This document shows positions 1 to 9,760 of a stretch of 64,000 nt of DNA, piece by piece. The stretch is from a virus. Taxonomy: Duplodnaviria; Caudoviricetes. The notes beneath the pieces were generated by a model, which worked only from the letters and a program-made list of their open reading frames with translations, made no database searches and had not been told where the DNA came from. How positions within the stretch are numbered: the stretch's first letter is position 1; the number at the start of each line of letters is the position of its first letter. The translations under genes were made by a program, and so were the position numbers. The stretch lies in IMG/VR virus record IMGVR_UViG_3300028591_000073, positions 96,001-160,000 of that record; one strand, given 5' to 3'.

Positions 1-106
1 TCCACAATCCTGAATCCATCTTAAGATGGATTAAAACGTCACAACGATGGGAGAGAGTTAATCTCCCAAGAGGTCGGCTCTCCCCCTCTCATGAAAGGAG
101 AAAAAT

Positions 107-724
107 ATGGCAAACCAGAATCCACAAGGACAGCCGTTAATGATGACGGCGCAGGATATTCAGAGCATGATTGATAATACGGTAAATGCCGTACTGTCTG
201 CACAAAACACACAAGCTATACCAGTACAACAATCGCAACAATATGTCCAGACTCAGCCTGTGTATCAGCAACCTGCTCCAGCACAACCAATGATTATTAA
301 TCCACCGGCACAACAGGGTATTGATGCCAATACAATGGCAAAGATTATTCAGCTCATATTACAAAATGGCGGAAATCCGTATGCCATTGATTGGGGTAAT
401 GTGTCTCCTGCGGTTAAAAATGCAGTGGCAAATTATGTCAACTACGGAAATCCGTGTATGACACAAGAGCAGGTCATGCAACTCTTGTTGAACGAAGTGA
501 GAGAGTTGAAATATGCTACGGAAGCTCGCCAAGAAAAGAAGAGTAGTACGAAGCATAAAGTGCTGAAATATGGTGCAATTGGACTTGGTGGTGCAGTAGT
601 CCTTGGTCTTGGGTGCTATGTCACACATGAAGTCATTCATAGACATGATAAGGACAAAGAAATATCTGCGCTGAATCATTTTAGTGATGCTCTGGCTGCC
701 AAATACGGCAAAGATATCATTTGA
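107..724 (+). CDS. Hypothetical Q/P-rich protein with C-terminal transmembrane helix
   Basis: RBS GAAAGGAG before ATG; hydrophobic segment YGAIGLGGAVVLGLGCYV. Confidence 0.8.
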   Translation: MANQNPQGQPLMMTAQDIQSMIDNTVNAVLSAQNTQAIPVQQSQQYVQTQPVYQQPAPAQPMIINPPAQQGIDANTMAKIIQLILQNGGNPYAIDWGNVSPAVKNAVANYVNYGNPCMTQEQVMQLLLNEVRELKYATEARQEKKSSTKHKVLKYGAIGLGGAVVLGLGCYVTHEVIHRHDKDKEISALNHFSDALAAKYGKDII

Positions 725-761
725 CTGTCAGTCACATATGTTGAAAAGGTAGGTGACTGAC

Positions 762-821
762 ATGAAAAATGAAAAGTTCGATTGGCTTGATGCATTAGAG
801 TTACTGAGACGCATCAAGTGA
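762..821 (+). CDS. 19-aa small ORF (MKNEKFDWLDALELLRRIK)
   Basis: SD-like AGGTAGGTGA upstream; below the ORF-track cutoff. Confidence 0.45.
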   Translation: MKNEKFDWLDALELLRRIK

Positions 822-901
822 ATTTAATCAGAATATTCGGAATATAAACCCTGGGTGGGATTGGACATCCCGCCCACATTTTGAAAGTGAGGAAAATGAT
901 T

Positions 902-1327
902 ATGAACAGAATGAAAGATTTACGGAAAGCCTTCATCAACGATGGAGATTTCGAAGTAAGTGAACTTGTCAGAATCAATAAATATTCATCAGCATTCGTT
1001 GTATCTGGAAGAACAACCGGGATTGATTATATCATCAAAGACCGGGCCGGGTTCGGTGAGCCGTCCAACAATATTCACATTATTGTGGATACTTCTGAGA
1101 GTTGGACTGTGATGGAACTCGATAAGAGAAATCTTGAAGAAAGAGCTCGCAGAATCCCGAATGATGCGAGTCGCGTTTCAGTTATGGAAATTGAACGTGT
1201 TGCAAGAAATGCTCGTGAAGCAATCAATGCGGAGGAACATCCCATCATCTACCAGTCCAGTGTAAATTGTGCTGGCAAGAGATATCTGGCGATGAAAAGC
1301 TTCTGCTCAATGCAGATGTTTGTATAA
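902..1327 (+). CDS. Hypothetical protein
   Basis: RBS GAAAGTGAGG before ATG at 902; ORF track gives 881..1327. Confidence 0.75.
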   Translation: MNRMKDLRKAFINDGDFEVSELVRINKYSSAFVVSGRTTGIDYIIKDRAGFGEPSNNIHIIVDTSESWTVMELDKRNLEERARRIPNDASRVSVMEIERVARNAREAINAEEHPIIYQSSVNCAGKRYLAMKSFCSMQMFV

Positions 1328-1345
1328 GAAAGTGAGGAAAATATT

Positions 1346-2068
1346 ATGGCAGAGAATAAAATCATCGAAGAAATGGAAATAAAGACGGTTTCCGAATTAA
1401 CCAGTGAGAAGTCTCTGAAAGAGTCCGAGACAACTGGCCTGTACCGCTTCTGTGGATTTGCCATTTCTGATTATGCAGCCGAAACAGGAGTTACCAGTAA
1501 AGAATTATTGGATTCTTGTATTGTAACTGGTATTATCTCATCTGATGATAAATTCTCAGATGAGGAATTAGACAAGCTCTGTAATGAGTTGGAACAGTTG
1601 TATCCTGACATTGTCGTATTCGACTACTGGTATCACCACCAGGAGAAGAACGACGAACTCTCTGATGAGAACATCGAGAAGGTTAGAGATGTTCTCGGCA
1701 AGAGATTAGGACTGCATAATCTAAACTCCTATGGCAATCGATTGGCATATTGCCGCACCGAAGACAGATTAATGTCAATCGAAATCAATTGGAACTATGG
1801 CGGCGAAGCATGTGTGGTATCCGCTAGAAATGCGAGACATGCATTCAACATCTTCAAAGCATATCCAAATCATATCTCAGACATGCTCCCGTATGACGAA
1901 GATGAGGCGTTGAAGAATCTGTCGTGGGAGGTAAAAGAAGAAAAAGATGAGATGCATTTAGAGGCTATCTCGTCTGAATTGCTTCGACACAAAATCAATA
2001 TTGCAATTAGTCCTCTGGAAATTCCGGAAGGAAGAGTTGGGTATTCATTAAATTATTACGCAGAATAA
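1346..2068 (+). CDS. Hypothetical acidic protein
   Basis: RBS GAAAGTGAGG; 240-aa ORF. Confidence 0.8.
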   Translation: MAENKIIEEMEIKTVSELTSEKSLKESETTGLYRFCGFAISDYAAETGVTSKELLDSCIVTGIISSDDKFSDEELDKLCNELEQLYPDIVVFDYWYHHQEKNDELSDENIEKVRDVLGKRLGLHNLNSYGNRLAYCRTEDRLMSIEINWNYGGEACVVSARNARHAFNIFKAYPNHISDMLPYDEDEALKNLSWEVKEEKDEMHLEAISSELLRHKINIAISPLEIPEGRVGYSLNYYAE

Positions 2069-2124
2069 AAACAATCATCCCTCCCTTCGGGGAGGGAACA
2101 ATATGAAAGTGAGGAAAACAAATT

Positions 2125-2856
2125 ATGAGAGACTTGGAAAAGTATGAGGTCGAAGACTTCGACAGATATGCGGAATGGTACATCGGCAAAAATATGTGCC
2201 CGGCAGCAATACGGGCAATATTAATGTTTGCAAAAGAACATCCTGAATCGAAAGATATCAGGAACTGCATCTTTGCAACCATGGTCAGGTCATCGGCAGA
2301 TATACAGAATGAATTTCTGAGCCCAGCATTCAAAGCTGCGGGTGTAACCAATGGACATGACTGCTTCTGTAGATTCGTTCGACCTATTCGAGCAAACATG
2401 TTCTACATCCAGATTGACAGCGATGAATATATTCATTCTGACAAATTGTCAATGGATAAGAATGAACTCCCCGAAGCATACCGTATCAAGCAAATGATAA
2501 AAGGATACGGTTTAGCATTAGAAAAACCAGAAGATTTAGGATTCCGAGACGAATATGGAAATGTGCTCCGGCATCTTTCCGGATTGGAAACCGAATCTGG
2601 AACAATCCTTGGGGAAGCAGAAATGCGCAGAGTTTATGTACGTGACCATCCGCTCGGTGTTCACATCCAGGCTGGAGTCATACGCGTTCCATGGAGAACG
2701 AAGCTTCCTGTGAAAGTCACATTCCATATGATTCCCGAAAAGCTATCGGTTCTGGTAAAGTTAATACCGAGAGATGAACAAAAGAAAATCATCGAGCATC
2801 GTGACAGGATGATTGATGAATTCTGTGATGCCTATATCAGGTATCACGAAGTATAA
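2125..2856 (+). CDS. Hypothetical protein
   Basis: RBS GAAAGTGAGG preceded by a UUCG hairpin. Confidence 0.8.
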   Translation: MRDLEKYEVEDFDRYAEWYIGKNMCPAAIRAILMFAKEHPESKDIRNCIFATMVRSSADIQNEFLSPAFKAAGVTNGHDCFCRFVRPIRANMFYIQIDSDEYIHSDKLSMDKNELPEAYRIKQMIKGYGLALEKPEDLGFRDEYGNVLRHLSGLETESGTILGEAEMRRVYVRDHPLGVHIQAGVIRVPWRTKLPVKVTFHMIPEKLSVLVKLIPRDEQKKIIEHRDRMIDEFCDAYIRYHEV

Positions 2857-3184
2857 AATGTATGCTACTACCAATCCCCGGCATATGCCGGGGATCTGGT
2901 TATGAAAATCGACCTGAGCAGGTCGTTAAACTACTCTCCCGATATTGGTTCGGGAGAAAGGATGATGTGTATGATTGCTTAAAAGAAAATCCAATAATAG
3001 AAAGGGGTGATGGAAATGTAGCAATTTATACAATCTGAAATCGATACTCAATATTTATACAGATATTGAGTATTCCCTTGTTCGAATATTCGCCAAAATG
3101 AATGTATCAAATCAAAGGAATCTTACACAATGGTTAGAGTGTAAAATAAGGATTCCAAACTTATTTCAGAAAGGAAAATCTATT

Positions 3185-4462
3185 ATGAAAAACAATAATA
3201 ACAACCTGACAGCCGCATTGACATCCGCATCCGCAACAAAAAGAAACCGTCGCGATGATGGTACTAAAGTTGCCATGATGGCAAACGACATTGCCATCGC
3301 ATGTGCAACGAGTGAGAAACTCCGCACATATCAGGATAAGTATGAGAAGATGCTTCATGATACAAGCATCAGATTGATGGCTGCTCCGACCCAGAATGCC
3401 AATGATACCTTTACGGTAGATGGTACGCTGTATAATTTCACAGCTTCTGGATATGAAGCTGTGCTGAAAAAATTAGATACTGCCAGACGTAAATTCGAGG
3501 AAGCGCAAGCAGCTTCCGAAAAGCTTCCGGGCATGGAATCGGATTATGCCAATTTGATTTCCGAAGTACTCGGTGTCAACATCATCAGCATCGAAGATGC
3601 TACCAACGTAGATGCTACCAACAACGTGGAGGAGGGTAATAACATGAAGGGAAAATACAAATATGTCGTCATCGACACTGGCAAGGAGCCCGATACGAAT
3701 ACTGCAGAGGAGATTCGGAAGGCATTATCATCTTCAAATAAGACGATGTTTGATGTCGAAATCAATAACAATGGTTTGACTACAAACCTGATTGGCGTTA
3801 TGACAACATCACACAATAAGGCACTTAAAATAGTGCTCGATTATTTGGGTGATGGGATACCATCATTCAAAGAATTCCATGAATCTGGAGTGGTGACAGA
3901 TTTAGGATATACCAGAAGATGGTGTGTCGGTGGTATTAATATCATATCAAATGAGGGTGTAATCAGTCGCTTGTCTGATACACTCATCATTGACCAGGAC
4001 TGCGAGCCAAAGGCATTATCTGCTTCGGAACCTGGCCATCTCACACCCTTGCTTGACGAAGAAAAGCATTGCTGCAACAATTGCAATGACAAAGGAAACA
4101 AGGAAGTGTGTCAGGGTTGTTTCGATTGTGAAGAGGGCGCCCAGCCGCTGGAACCCAGTAACAATTGTGACAGCGATAAAACAGAACCTGATTCTGATGC
4201 ATCTCCGGAGGATACTACCACACCGCCACAGACAGTAAAACAGGTATCGATTCCGGTAGGATATCCTGAGGCTTCTGTACCAACGATGAAGTCCATCGAT
4301 GTTCCTGACATCGAGGCGCTTGATGTCAATACAGGTGACATCGGTCTGAGTCTGACAACTGGTGACATGACTGATATCTCCGGCAATATCACGTTCAATG
4401 TTAGCGGCGATATCATCATTGATTCTTTCAATGGTGGCCGTAACAATACAAACTGTAAATAA
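3185..4462 (+). CDS. Hypothetical multidomain protein (coiled coil, Cys cluster CCNNC..C..CFDC, acidic tail)
   Basis: RBS GAAAGGA before ATG 3185; second in-frame RBS/ATG at 3644. Confidence 0.75.
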   Translation: MKNNNNNLTAALTSASATKRNRRDDGTKVAMMANDIAIACATSEKLRTYQDKYEKMLHDTSIRLMAAPTQNANDTFTVDGTLYNFTASGYEAVLKKLDTARRKFEEAQAASEKLPGMESDYANLISEVLGVNIISIEDATNVDATNNVEEGNNMKGKYKYVVIDTGKEPDTNTAEEIRKALSSSNKTMFDVEINNNGLTTNLIGVMTTSHNKALKIVLDYLGDGIPSFKEFHESGVVTDLGYTRRWCVGGINIISNEGVISRLSDTLIIDQDCEPKALSASEPGHLTPLLDEEKHCCNNCNDKGNKEVCQGCFDCEEGAQPLEPSNNCDSDKTEPDSDASPEDTTTPPQTVKQVSIPVGYPEASVPTMKSIDVPDIEALDVNTGDIGLSLTTGDMTDISGNITFNVSGDIIIDSFNGGRNNTNCK

Positions 4463-4522
4463 GAAACCAAATCATATCCCCCGCTTCGGCGGGGGACACA
4501 TTAAGAAAGTGAGGAAATTAGT

Positions 4523-5365
4523 ATGAATTATACAATCACAATTAACGGCAAATCTTATGTCGTACTGAACTGCACAAACCCCGTTGAAGCTGTCGAAAAA
4601 TTGACAGCTGAAATGAATGACAATCATCTTGACATTCAGATTGATATGGTGGAAGGTGATGTCATTCCCGTAAACAATCATCCAACACCTGTTGCAGAAC
4701 CTGCTCCTGCTCCGGAACCCACCCACCAGTTGGTCAGTAATAACTTCGGAAAGTCCAACAATCTGACGACAAACCATCAGCCCATCTCTACAGCGAACAA
4801 TATTCCCCAGGCTCCAGTTTCGGAGCCCGTGGGATATTTCAACGTACCTCCTGTAGCACCACCCCCACAAAGAGTGATGTCTCCGATGGAAGAAAGGATG
4901 GAGATAGTGCGTCACGTATTGTTGAATAAACTGACCGACAACCATATCAGAATTCCAAATAATCTTCAAAGGGAAATCAACAATTGGTGGTATAATGCCA
5001 TCACAAATGTCATGGTATATGTTGATGGGTTTAAATTCATCAATCCCGTTAACAGTCTCCATTTGAAGAATGATGAAAATGGCAGCACTGTTACGACACG
5101 AATCAATGGTGAATTACCAACCGGTAAAAAACATGAACCTCCCATCCCAGTAGGATATCGATTTGATATCAACGACTCATGTGCAATGATGGAATTTTCA
5201 ATCAATCAGAAAGAATTCGTTATCATCGATATCGATTTCAATAATATGATATATGAAATTGCTCGATTCCCAGAAACATTAAGGAATTTGGGATTGAGTG
5301 AGAAATATATCGACCATGTAATCGCTCCTCTCATGCTGGAAATGTTTCATGAGAGAAAGAGATAA
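4523..5365 (+). CDS. Hypothetical protein with Pro-rich linker
   Basis: RBS GAAAGTGAGG; 280 aa. Confidence 0.8.
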   Translation: MNYTITINGKSYVVLNCTNPVEAVEKLTAEMNDNHLDIQIDMVEGDVIPVNNHPTPVAEPAPAPEPTHQLVSNNFGKSNNLTTNHQPISTANNIPQAPVSEPVGYFNVPPVAPPPQRVMSPMEERMEIVRHVLLNKLTDNHIRIPNNLQREINNWWYNAITNVMVYVDGFKFINPVNSLHLKNDENGSTVTTRINGELPTGKKHEPPIPVGYRFDINDSCAMMEFSINQKEFVIIDIDFNNMIYEIARFPETLRNLGLSEKYIDHVIAPLMLEMFHERKR

Positions 5366-5494
5366 AATGTATGCACAAAAATAAAGATCCTCCGGGTATT
5401 GGACATTCGGAGGATCTTATGAAAATAAATTGATCATAAACAACTTAAAGACTATCCAAACATTGAAGTCACAATTTAGAAAGGATAATGAATC

Positions 5495-5794
5495 ATGGAA
5501 TTGAAGATTAATCTACAGGAACTCGAGAAACTCGGCATTAGAAAGACGAAATCCAAAAAGGGAACGTCAAATGCAGAACTCAAAAGAATACGAAAACAAA
5601 TCAAAAAAGAAGAACGCGGCGAATCATGGATTCATGAAATCATCCGTGTTATTAAGAGAATTATCAAAGGTGATATTCGGACAGCGGAACCCGAATTTGT
5701 TCATTTATATGACGCCGAAAGAGATGTCATATATCTGGATAAATGTTATCGCCCTGAGGAACTCGGTATCTATGAAATTGAAATGAAGGACTGA
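5495..5794 (+). CDS. Hypothetical basic protein
   Basis: RBS GAAAGGA. Confidence 0.7.
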   Translation: MELKINLQELEKLGIRKTKSKKGTSNAELKRIRKQIKKEERGESWIHEIIRVIKRIIKGDIRTAEPEFVHLYDAERDVIYLDKCYRPEELGIYEIEMKD

Positions 5795-5830
5795 CAATAC
5801 ATCTGTCGTCCAAAGAAAAGAGGTGAAATA

Positions 5831-5992
5831 ATGATGAAAACAAATATCTTTGATATCAATATGAATGCATTCGAATATCCGTTTAAGACCAGCCGAACAT
5901 CCGCCATTATCAACTCATTCGAATATCCGACTTTAACTATCATTCGTCATAAACCAAATCTCCATAAGCTTGCAAATCCCAATACACTGTGA
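5831..5992 (+). CDS. 53-aa small protein with repeated FEYP motif
   Basis: RBS AAGAGGTGA; read manually, below the ORF-track cutoff. Confidence 0.55.
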   Translation: MMKTNIFDINMNAFEYPFKTSRTSAIINSFEYPTLTIIRHKPNLHKLANPNTL

Positions 5993-6099
5993 TTTTGTAT
6001 GCTACTTAAAATCGTGACGCTTAGTCATATACGTACATAAACAAGGCCCATGTGGGCCTTGTTTAAATATAAATGCTAATGAAAGCAGAGGTAATTATT

Positions 6100-6693
6100 A
6101 TGGAATATCTAAATCGAGATTACGAATTCATGGACGCGGGCATTTCAACTCATGTTCACCCATATGTTGTCCGCACAACAAAAGCATGCGAATTACAATT
6201 GGCACTCTTGGATATGGTAACTGCGCGTATCAAAGAATTGCATCCTGACAAAACATGCAAGACATATCAAGCGAGAGAATTTGATGAGCTTGTTAATAAA
6301 CAGAAACAACTCGATTACAAAAATCCGCTGAGTTCGGAAAACATGACTATCATTCCACCGATTATTCCACTTGGAATTGTAGAATTTGAGTGGAGCAAAG
6401 ATGTGATACTGGCATTAACAACTTCCAATGATATCACAAAACCGGGAGTGTTAATGAGATTCTTCCGTGTTTTATGGTCGTTCAATCCTATGATGAATGC
6501 GGAAACCCGTCTCATCAGTCCGGAAGGTCCGATTATGGACCTTAATGTCCTCATCAGTGGAGTTTCTCAAATAACTCTATATAAGCAATATCGCACTGAC
6601 GATAAAGAGATAAACAATATGTTTGAACTGTTTCAGCATTTGTCTGCACTTCCGCAGTATGCTCGTCAATTTGACATCTTCAAAGAAGGATAA
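6100..6693 (+). CDS. Hypothetical protein
   Basis: RBS GCAGAGGT before MEYLNR; ORF track gives 6073..6693. Confidence 0.7.
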   Translation: MEYLNRDYEFMDAGISTHVHPYVVRTTKACELQLALLDMVTARIKELHPDKTCKTYQAREFDELVNKQKQLDYKNPLSSENMTIIPPIIPLGIVEFEWSKDVILALTTSNDITKPGVLMRFFRVLWSFNPMMNAETRLISPEGPIMDLNVLISGVSQITLYKQYRTDDKEINNMFELFQHLSALPQYARQFDIFKEG

Positions 6694-6755
6694 TAAGAAT
6701 AATAAATACCCGCCGAAAGGCGGGTATTATAATTATATTTTAAAGGAGTGATAAA

Positions 6756-6935
6756 ATGAATACAACCAATGTGGATATCAGTTGGAATGGTAAAGCCCCC
6801 GGTACCGACGAGGGCAAAACCACAACTGAATTGGACAAACCATTCATCATTAATGAACTAGATTTGTCGATATTAAATAGATTGCTAGGAACGGAGTTCC
6901 ATAAAATAGCATATATCGCAATTCCCAACAATTAA
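6756..6935 (+). CDS. 59-aa small protein, paralog of 61273..61446
   Basis: RBS AAAGGAGTGA; MNTTNVDISWNGK...LDLSILNRLLGTEFHKIAYIAIPNN aligns with the 61.3-kb ORF. Confidence 0.75.
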   Translation: MNTTNVDISWNGKAPGTDEGKTTTELDKPFIINELDLSILNRLLGTEFHKIAYIAIPNN

Positions 6936-6954
6936 AAGAAAGTAGGTAATTATT

Positions 6955-7230
6955 ATGGATGAAAGATTTGCAGATAGATACAGAGAATTGATTATCGCTG
7001 CTCATAAGAAAACGCTTGAAAATTATTGTTATGGCATGAGTATTCCTAATGAGCCGTGTATTGTATCATCCGGGGATGTGACCAATAGATTTGGAAACAT
7101 GACATTCAATCCGCTTGTACCGCAGCGGACAATTTGTCCCGACAAGGATGTTATGGAAATGGTCTGGGAAGAATTCTCTGCTCCAAATGACAGAAAATAC
7201 AATCCACTCAACTATTTTGAAATAATATAG
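6955..7230 (+). CDS. Hypothetical protein
   Basis: RBS GAAAGTAGGT. Confidence 0.65.
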   Translation: MDERFADRYRELIIAAHKKTLENYCYGMSIPNEPCIVSSGDVTNRFGNMTFNPLVPQRTICPDKDVMEMVWEEFSAPNDRKYNPLNYFEII

Positions 7231-7305
7231 TATATTGTGATGTAGGCCGGCATATGCCGGCCTACTATCACTTGCACTATATTTCTCTTTTGGGAGGTGA
7301 GAAAA

Positions 7306-7452
7306 ATGAAGGTAACAAAAGATGAACTCGAGGCTCTGAAGACCCGAATCCAAAAGGACCTCGAGAAGACATCAAAGAACGCTGTTGTTACAGACGTCCA
7401 AGCTGTCAAATTACTTGGTTGCTATATTGCCCAGTACCTAGTAAGACAGTAA
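7306..7452 (+). CDS. 48-aa small protein
   Basis: RBS GGGAGGTGA; MKVTKDELEALKTRIQKDLEK... Confidence 0.6.
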   Translation: MKVTKDELEALKTRIQKDLEKTSKNAVVTDVQAVKLLGCYIAQYLVRQ

Positions 7453-7544
7453 GTAACCCTCTAACATATTGTGGAGGAATTTATAAGACCAGCTCATGTC
7501 TTAAGAAACCGAGCATGTATATTTAATATGAAAGGAAAATTGTT

Positions 7545-8297
7545 ATGAAAGAATTCGATAAAATTGAACGCTTGGCATATGCCGCCAAGGAATTGGCTAA
7601 CAGCATTATGGATGTTGACTTTGACAAGGCTGTCAAGGTACTGGAACTCGTTAATGATACTGAATTCCTGACAGCTATGGATATCATCCGTGAAGCTATC
7701 GATGTCAAGAAAGAGGTTGCCGAAGAGCCTGTCAATAAAGTATCCGTATCTGAACCTGAACCTACTGCTGAGGATTGTCCTCAATTCGAGGCCCCCGATG
7801 GATATGTACGTGCCAAAGGTGAAGGATGTGAATCCGTATTAGTAAATAAAGAAGGCATAATTATCATCGGCAACCGGAAACTAAAAGGATACGAATTTAG
7901 TACAGAAGGGGATGCTGTGATATCTGTCCCCGGTAAACGCGGTACGAAAAAGGTCCGTGTTGATAAAATCATGGTGTCGACATTCTTCTCAAGGAAAGAG
8001 CAAGAGATAGCTAAACAATTGGGACTTGTGATAGTCCATAATAATGGCAATCGTGCAGATTGTCGGCTGAGCAACCTCAGACTCAGCAAAAGAGGTTCTG
8101 CCGAAAGAAACAAGCTGACATACCATGACGTTGAACAGGTATGCCAGAGTCTTGTTCAAAACAACTTCGACAGATGTAAGGTGTTCCGAGATTTACACTA
8201 CATTCGGAACATTCACACTATTTCAAACAGAAATATGTGCGATATCATTCACAAACAAGTTCCTGATTACGAGGACTTGATTAATAGATATTTCTAA
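7545..8297 (+). CDS. HNH endonuclease-domain protein
   Basis: VHNNGNRADCRLSNL HNH-like motif preceded by RVDKIMVSTF. Confidence 0.7.
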   Translation: MKEFDKIERLAYAAKELANSIMDVDFDKAVKVLELVNDTEFLTAMDIIREAIDVKKEVAEEPVNKVSVSEPEPTAEDCPQFEAPDGYVRAKGEGCESVLVNKEGIIIIGNRKLKGYEFSTEGDAVISVPGKRGTKKVRVDKIMVSTFFSRKEQEIAKQLGLVIVHNNGNRADCRLSNLRLSKRGSAERNKLTYHDVEQVCQSLVQNNFDRCKVFRDLHYIRNIHTISNRNMCDIIHKQVPDYEDLINRYF

Positions 8298-8353
8298 TGC
8301 CACATCCCTCCCTTCGGGGAGGGAACACAATTAAGAAAGCGAGGAAATTAATT

Positions 8354-8944
8354 ATGAAGAAACCCGAAAACGTAATCATGCATTTTGAAAATAATAACAC
8401 AGCGGAAAATCATCAGCTGTGTGCAAAATGTAATGGGGGTTGTTGCCGTCATTATTCTGGGGCGTACGGCCCGTGGCAATTGTTTGATAATCCGGAGGAT
8501 ATCACCCCGGAAGCAATCGCCAACCTGCTTAAAAAGACAGAGGAATACGTCCTTGACTGTTACGAGGGATATTCTGAAGAACATGATAATGGATGGTTCA
8601 TTCGTCCTCCTCATAAACCGAATGTACCGTGGGCGGGTTCCCCGTTCGAAATGGATATGTTTGGTCTGGAAGCACTTATGCTGTTCAAGGACATGTTCGG
8701 ACTTAATGATGGTGACAACCCATATGTCGACCGTTCATTCGGCGGTGAATGCATTCACTTCGTTGATAAGGTTGGTTGCAAACTGTCATATGATGAACGT
8801 CCCGTCATGTGTCAGGCACTGGTTGCTGAAGAGAACCAACAATGTGCAAATGGCTTCGGTAAAAAGGTCGCAGCTGATTGGTGGTCTGAGTATCATCACA
8901 TCATAGACAAAGCTTTGGACCTACTCGATGATGAAAATGATTAA
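8354..8944 (+). CDS. YkgJ-like (CxxCxxxCC) Zn/Fe-chelating protein
   Basis: CAKCNGGCC ... CIHF..GCKLSYDERPVMC. Confidence 0.7.
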   Translation: MKKPENVIMHFENNNTAENHQLCAKCNGGCCRHYSGAYGPWQLFDNPEDITPEAIANLLKKTEEYVLDCYEGYSEEHDNGWFIRPPHKPNVPWAGSPFEMDMFGLEALMLFKDMFGLNDGDNPYVDRSFGGECIHFVDKVGCKLSYDERPVMCQALVAEENQQCANGFGKKVAADWWSEYHHIIDKALDLLDDEND

Positions 8945-8972
8945 TGAAAGTGAGGAAAGGAGGAAATCGAAT

Positions 8973-9197
8973 ATGTACCCTAGAATGAAAGAGCTCCGCA
9001 AAGAGCATGAACTAACGCAAGCTGATGCTGCTAAACTGTTAGGAGTATCTACGAATCATTACGGAAAGTATGAACGTGGAGAAACTGATATTCCACTTAA
9101 ACATGTGATGGAGTTATGCACCTATTACAAGGTGTCACTCGACTACTTCATCGGATGGTCACGTTATCGCAGTGAGAATGACAGAGACTTGTTGTGA
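8973..9197 (+). CDS. XRE-family helix-turn-helix regulator
   Basis: RMKELRKEHELTQADAAKLLGVSTNHYGKYERGE...LCTYYKVSLDYFIG. Confidence 0.9.
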   Translation: MYPRMKELRKEHELTQADAAKLLGVSTNHYGKYERGETDIPLKHVMELCTYYKVSLDYFIGWSRYRSENDRDLL

Positions 9198-9242
9198 AAC
9201 TGATGAAATTTCAGCATTGAGAAATTTGAGGAGGAAATTATT

Positions 9243-9593
9243 ATGATGACTCATCAGAAACAAATTAAGGCATTTTTCGATAAATCTCGATACATTGTGA
9301 AAACATATTTGCGAGAAAAATTCCCATCAATCAGAATAATTGACATTTACCAGGGAGACCCAATTGTTCCGTGGAGAACGTATTCCGGATTCGGTTATGG
9401 TCCTGAATGGGAATGGAGAGGCGGATATGTTGAGCTCATTGTCGAATGCAGTATCAAAAAGGACGTTGTAATCAGTATCTGTGAAGATTGGTTCTGGTGT
9501 CACTGGAGCTTCAAAATCAAAAAGGGCAGGCACAAAATGTACTTCAGATTCCGGCGGGATGGTGGTTCTCCAGAACTCGTTTATTTCGATTAA
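9243..9593 (+). CDS. Hypothetical protein
   Basis: RBS GAGGAGG. Confidence 0.7.
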   Translation: MMTHQKQIKAFFDKSRYIVKTYLREKFPSIRIIDIYQGDPIVPWRTYSGFGYGPEWEWRGGYVELIVECSIKKDVVISICEDWFWCHWSFKIKKGRHKMYFRFRRDGGSPELVYFD

Positions 9594-9608
9594 AAGCATC
9601 GTCAATTT

Positions 9609-9640
9609 AACAACGGGGCATATGCCCCGTTGTTTTTCTT
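9609..9640 (+). terminator. CATATG-centred palindrome plus U-tract
   Basis: AACAACGGGGCATATGCCCCGTTGTT followed by TTTCTT. Confidence 0.7.
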
Positions 9641-9725
9641 GTACTGTTCACATTTCATTCTCTTTAGTTCAATACTGAATCTATTTTTAATAAACACAAT
9701 ATCACACCTATTAATTCAACTTTTC

Positions 9726-9760
9726 ATCTATATATAATTAATATGATATAGAAATATATC
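9726..9760 (+). promoter_or_regulatory. Putative phage early promoter, copy 1
   Basis: ATCTATATATAATTAATATGATATAGAAATATATC; motif recurs at least 6 times upstream of plus-strand genes. Confidence 0.7.
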
